Assembly: GCA_051362555.1 (NCBI GenBank)
Contig: CM120641.1
Span: 27,906,401-27,970,400 of the forward strand
Reading direction: 5' to 3'
DNA length: 64,000 nucleotides
Origin: Lingula anatina
Lineage: Eukaryota > Animalia > Brachiopoda
Shown in pieces: positions 1-64,000 of the stretch. Within the stretch, counting starts at the first letter, position 1. Every line of letters starts with the position of its first letter. The notes beneath the pieces were generated by a model. The model was not told the origin of the DNA. It was given only the letters and a program-made list of their open reading frames with translations, and did not search any database. A program made the position numbers and the translations under genes.

Positions 1-771
1 ATTTTTGATCTATAATTTAATAAGATTGACTAAATTAAACCCAATACTAGAAATGCATACAAGTAAAATCATACCAATGTAAAATCTATTTTTGTAAGTT
101 TTTAAAAAGTTTCTTTAAGGAATATGACAATAAAGAAATCTACTTATTTATCAAGATTTTTTCATTAACCCCGCCAGCAGCTTGTTACATCCAAATAATA
201 AATTGCAACAAAATAAACCATAAATTAAAATTAAGCAAACAAAGTAAACATACGTTGAAATCAAAACATATTCGCAAATAAAACTCAAATTATATATCAC
301 TGTTAGTTTTGATCATTCACTGTTAGAGGATTAAAGCTTTAATATTTCAGCAATATTGCCACATCCATGAAAGGAGTCCTAGCTAGGTTACTTGTCTTTA
401 CTTGTCTGCATAAAATAACTGAGTGAAAAAAGTTTTATAAATGAAAATCCTTTCATTCTTTTTAGCAACTTACTGATGTAATTCAAAGAAAAAAATTTAA
501 GAGTACTTGAAGATTTTTCAATAAAATACCAAACATATACCAAAGCCATATTGAGTATCCTTTCATGGATCTGTAGTATTAAACCACGTTGACAAAAAAT
601 GATATTAATAAATAAAATCAAAATAAACAAGCCTTCAAAAACACATGATCAACTCACCTCTACAACTTCTATAAGGAGCTTCCATCAGGAATAAAGCTTA
701 AAGCACACATCAATCCACAACAAGGACCAGGTGAAACAGGACAGTTCACATAAGCCAGCTGATGAGCTATA

Positions 772-935
772 GGCCGCATTCAGAGGAGCGGACTAACTAG
801 TCCGCGGGTCAAATATGGTGATCCACTAAAAAGCTTGCTGTCTAATCCACTAATAGATTCCCCCTGGGAAAGTATTCAAGTGGGTCGGCCATATTTGACC
901 TTCGGACTTGTTAGTCCACTGTTCTGAATGCGGCC
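772..935. mobile_element. MITE, PIF/Harbinger-like ends
   Basis: Imperfect TIRs of about 55 bp: ggccgcattcaga...tctgaatgcggcc; flanks ata/atg (TSD imperfect). Confidence 0.7.
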
Positions 936-2558
936 ATGTAGGAACTCTATTGAAGGTTAGTGAGCAGCAGGGTTACCATAGGTTAGGTGTTAGGTTTGGT
1001 TACAAGCACATGTAGTTATTATCAGTTTGCATTTATTTTATGTATCACAAGGGTTATTCAATTTTGCACAATGTACGAGGATTTTGCATTCATGGTGCCC
1101 ATGTACACATGAATCAAATGTTTTATCTTTCATTTTGAATATCACTGACAGAAAACATCAATCACAGAAGGATTGACATTTTGAGAATATTCACTGCCAA
1201 TAACAGGCTTGGCAATATGGGTAATTATTCATTTGCAGACCCCATTTTTCCACATTTAACCTTCCAATACTGCACTCATAAAACGGAGAACAAGATTAAA
1301 ATATCCGAAATTATACCTCACAAATAAACAACCCCTACTTCAATACCAGAATGAGGAAATACTGCATTATTTGCCAGATGTTCTCAATATTTAGAGGCAT
1401 TTATGTGTAGCAAATATATAAATCCATCAAAACCCCACCAGGCTTTCAAGAAAGTGAGTGTCTCATCCAGTATTTTATTGCAATATTCTACTCTAGCAAA
1501 ACTAACAACTGTGAATGTGTTTGCTGATCTTACAAAGTAACTGCAAGGACATGTATTATATTCTTCTTTCTTAGCTAGGTCCCACTATGTTGTAATAATA
1601 TACCAGCTGTAGCTATTTCTATGTAGTACAGAAATTCTAAAAAAATTCAAAACAGATATTTGTCCTCTTTCTAGCCTTAACCTACAATAACCTATGGAAC
1701 TAAAAGTATTGGCACAAGCTAATAGTTACACTATACAAACAGCCATTTTACAGCTTGTAAACAGAATAAAAGATGGGTACAGCTAAATAGTCATGTCACT
1801 GGCATTTCCTAAACATACATTTAGTAAACTACATTTAATACTGCAGATAAAACTTTTCCAGTGCCCAACTAAGTTTACTGAAACAGCCTTATTTGGTATA
1901 TTTTAATACATCTTTAAACTTGATTGCTAGGAAGATTCCCTCTTACAAATGAAAGACAGTGATTTTCTAAAATAAATTTTCCAATTATAATTGATTAACA
2001 ATACAAGTTACTTCCCAGCACCTTCCTATTAGGAAAATTAACTGAGTCATCTGGCTGAATCAAACTGGGAATAATTCCATGGAATTAACAAAATCAAGGT
2101 GCATTTCATAATGTGATTATTACAAATATAGTTTTCACTGAATCACCAACTGTTTGAGCACTGTTTTAGCAGGGGAGCAAGGGATTGATTTCAATATACA
2201 ATCTATTTCAAGACTGACACAGATAATTTCTATCGAGCCTCTTTAAAGATGGAATATACAGATACTATAATACTACAAATCAATGTATAGTAATCACTAC
2301 ACATCTATAATTTTAATTTATTTAAAATAACAAAGTGAGCAACCATTCTGGCTTGGTTAACTATGCAAAACACTTGTTTATTAAAGACACTTACTGCAAT
2401 TACCATATTAGTTTTCACACAGGTGCAAAACTTTTGATTCAAAACATCACTAAATTTTGTGATTTCTACATGTTACTTGGTGAAAAGGGTCATTTAAACC
2501 ACAGCAAAAATGGTTACTCTTCATCAAATTCACTCAAAAAGACATACAAAATACATAC

Positions 2559-64000
<61,442 letters not shown>

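Overview
Eukaryotic, AT-rich animal genomic DNA; the transposon content suggests a mollusc or related invertebrate (inference). The whole window lies inside one giant minus-strand, intron-rich gene for a spectrin-repeat rod protein of the nesprin-1/Msp300 type. I delimited 65 GT-AG exons by eye (about 13 kb of CDS, about 4,300 aa); neither end of the gene is in the window. Most exons cycle 327-153-165 nt with phase-0 introns. The large introns carry several transposon-derived structures: (i) three copies of a non-autonomous Helentron/HINE-like element with an internal 146-bp satellite rich in AGGTCA nuclear-receptor half-sites; (ii) a 664-bp TIR element with hairpin-forming ends, an 8-bp TSD and a RecQ-type helicase fragment; (iii) a 3.3-kb TGT..ACA element with perfect 146-bp TIRs and a 6-bp TSD, nested in an older MITE; (iv) a decayed Kolobok-like transposase gene split by a 3.9-kb P-like element (31-bp TIRs) whose removal restores the reading frame. 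TE superfamily names come from terminal signatures and recalled motifs, not database searches.
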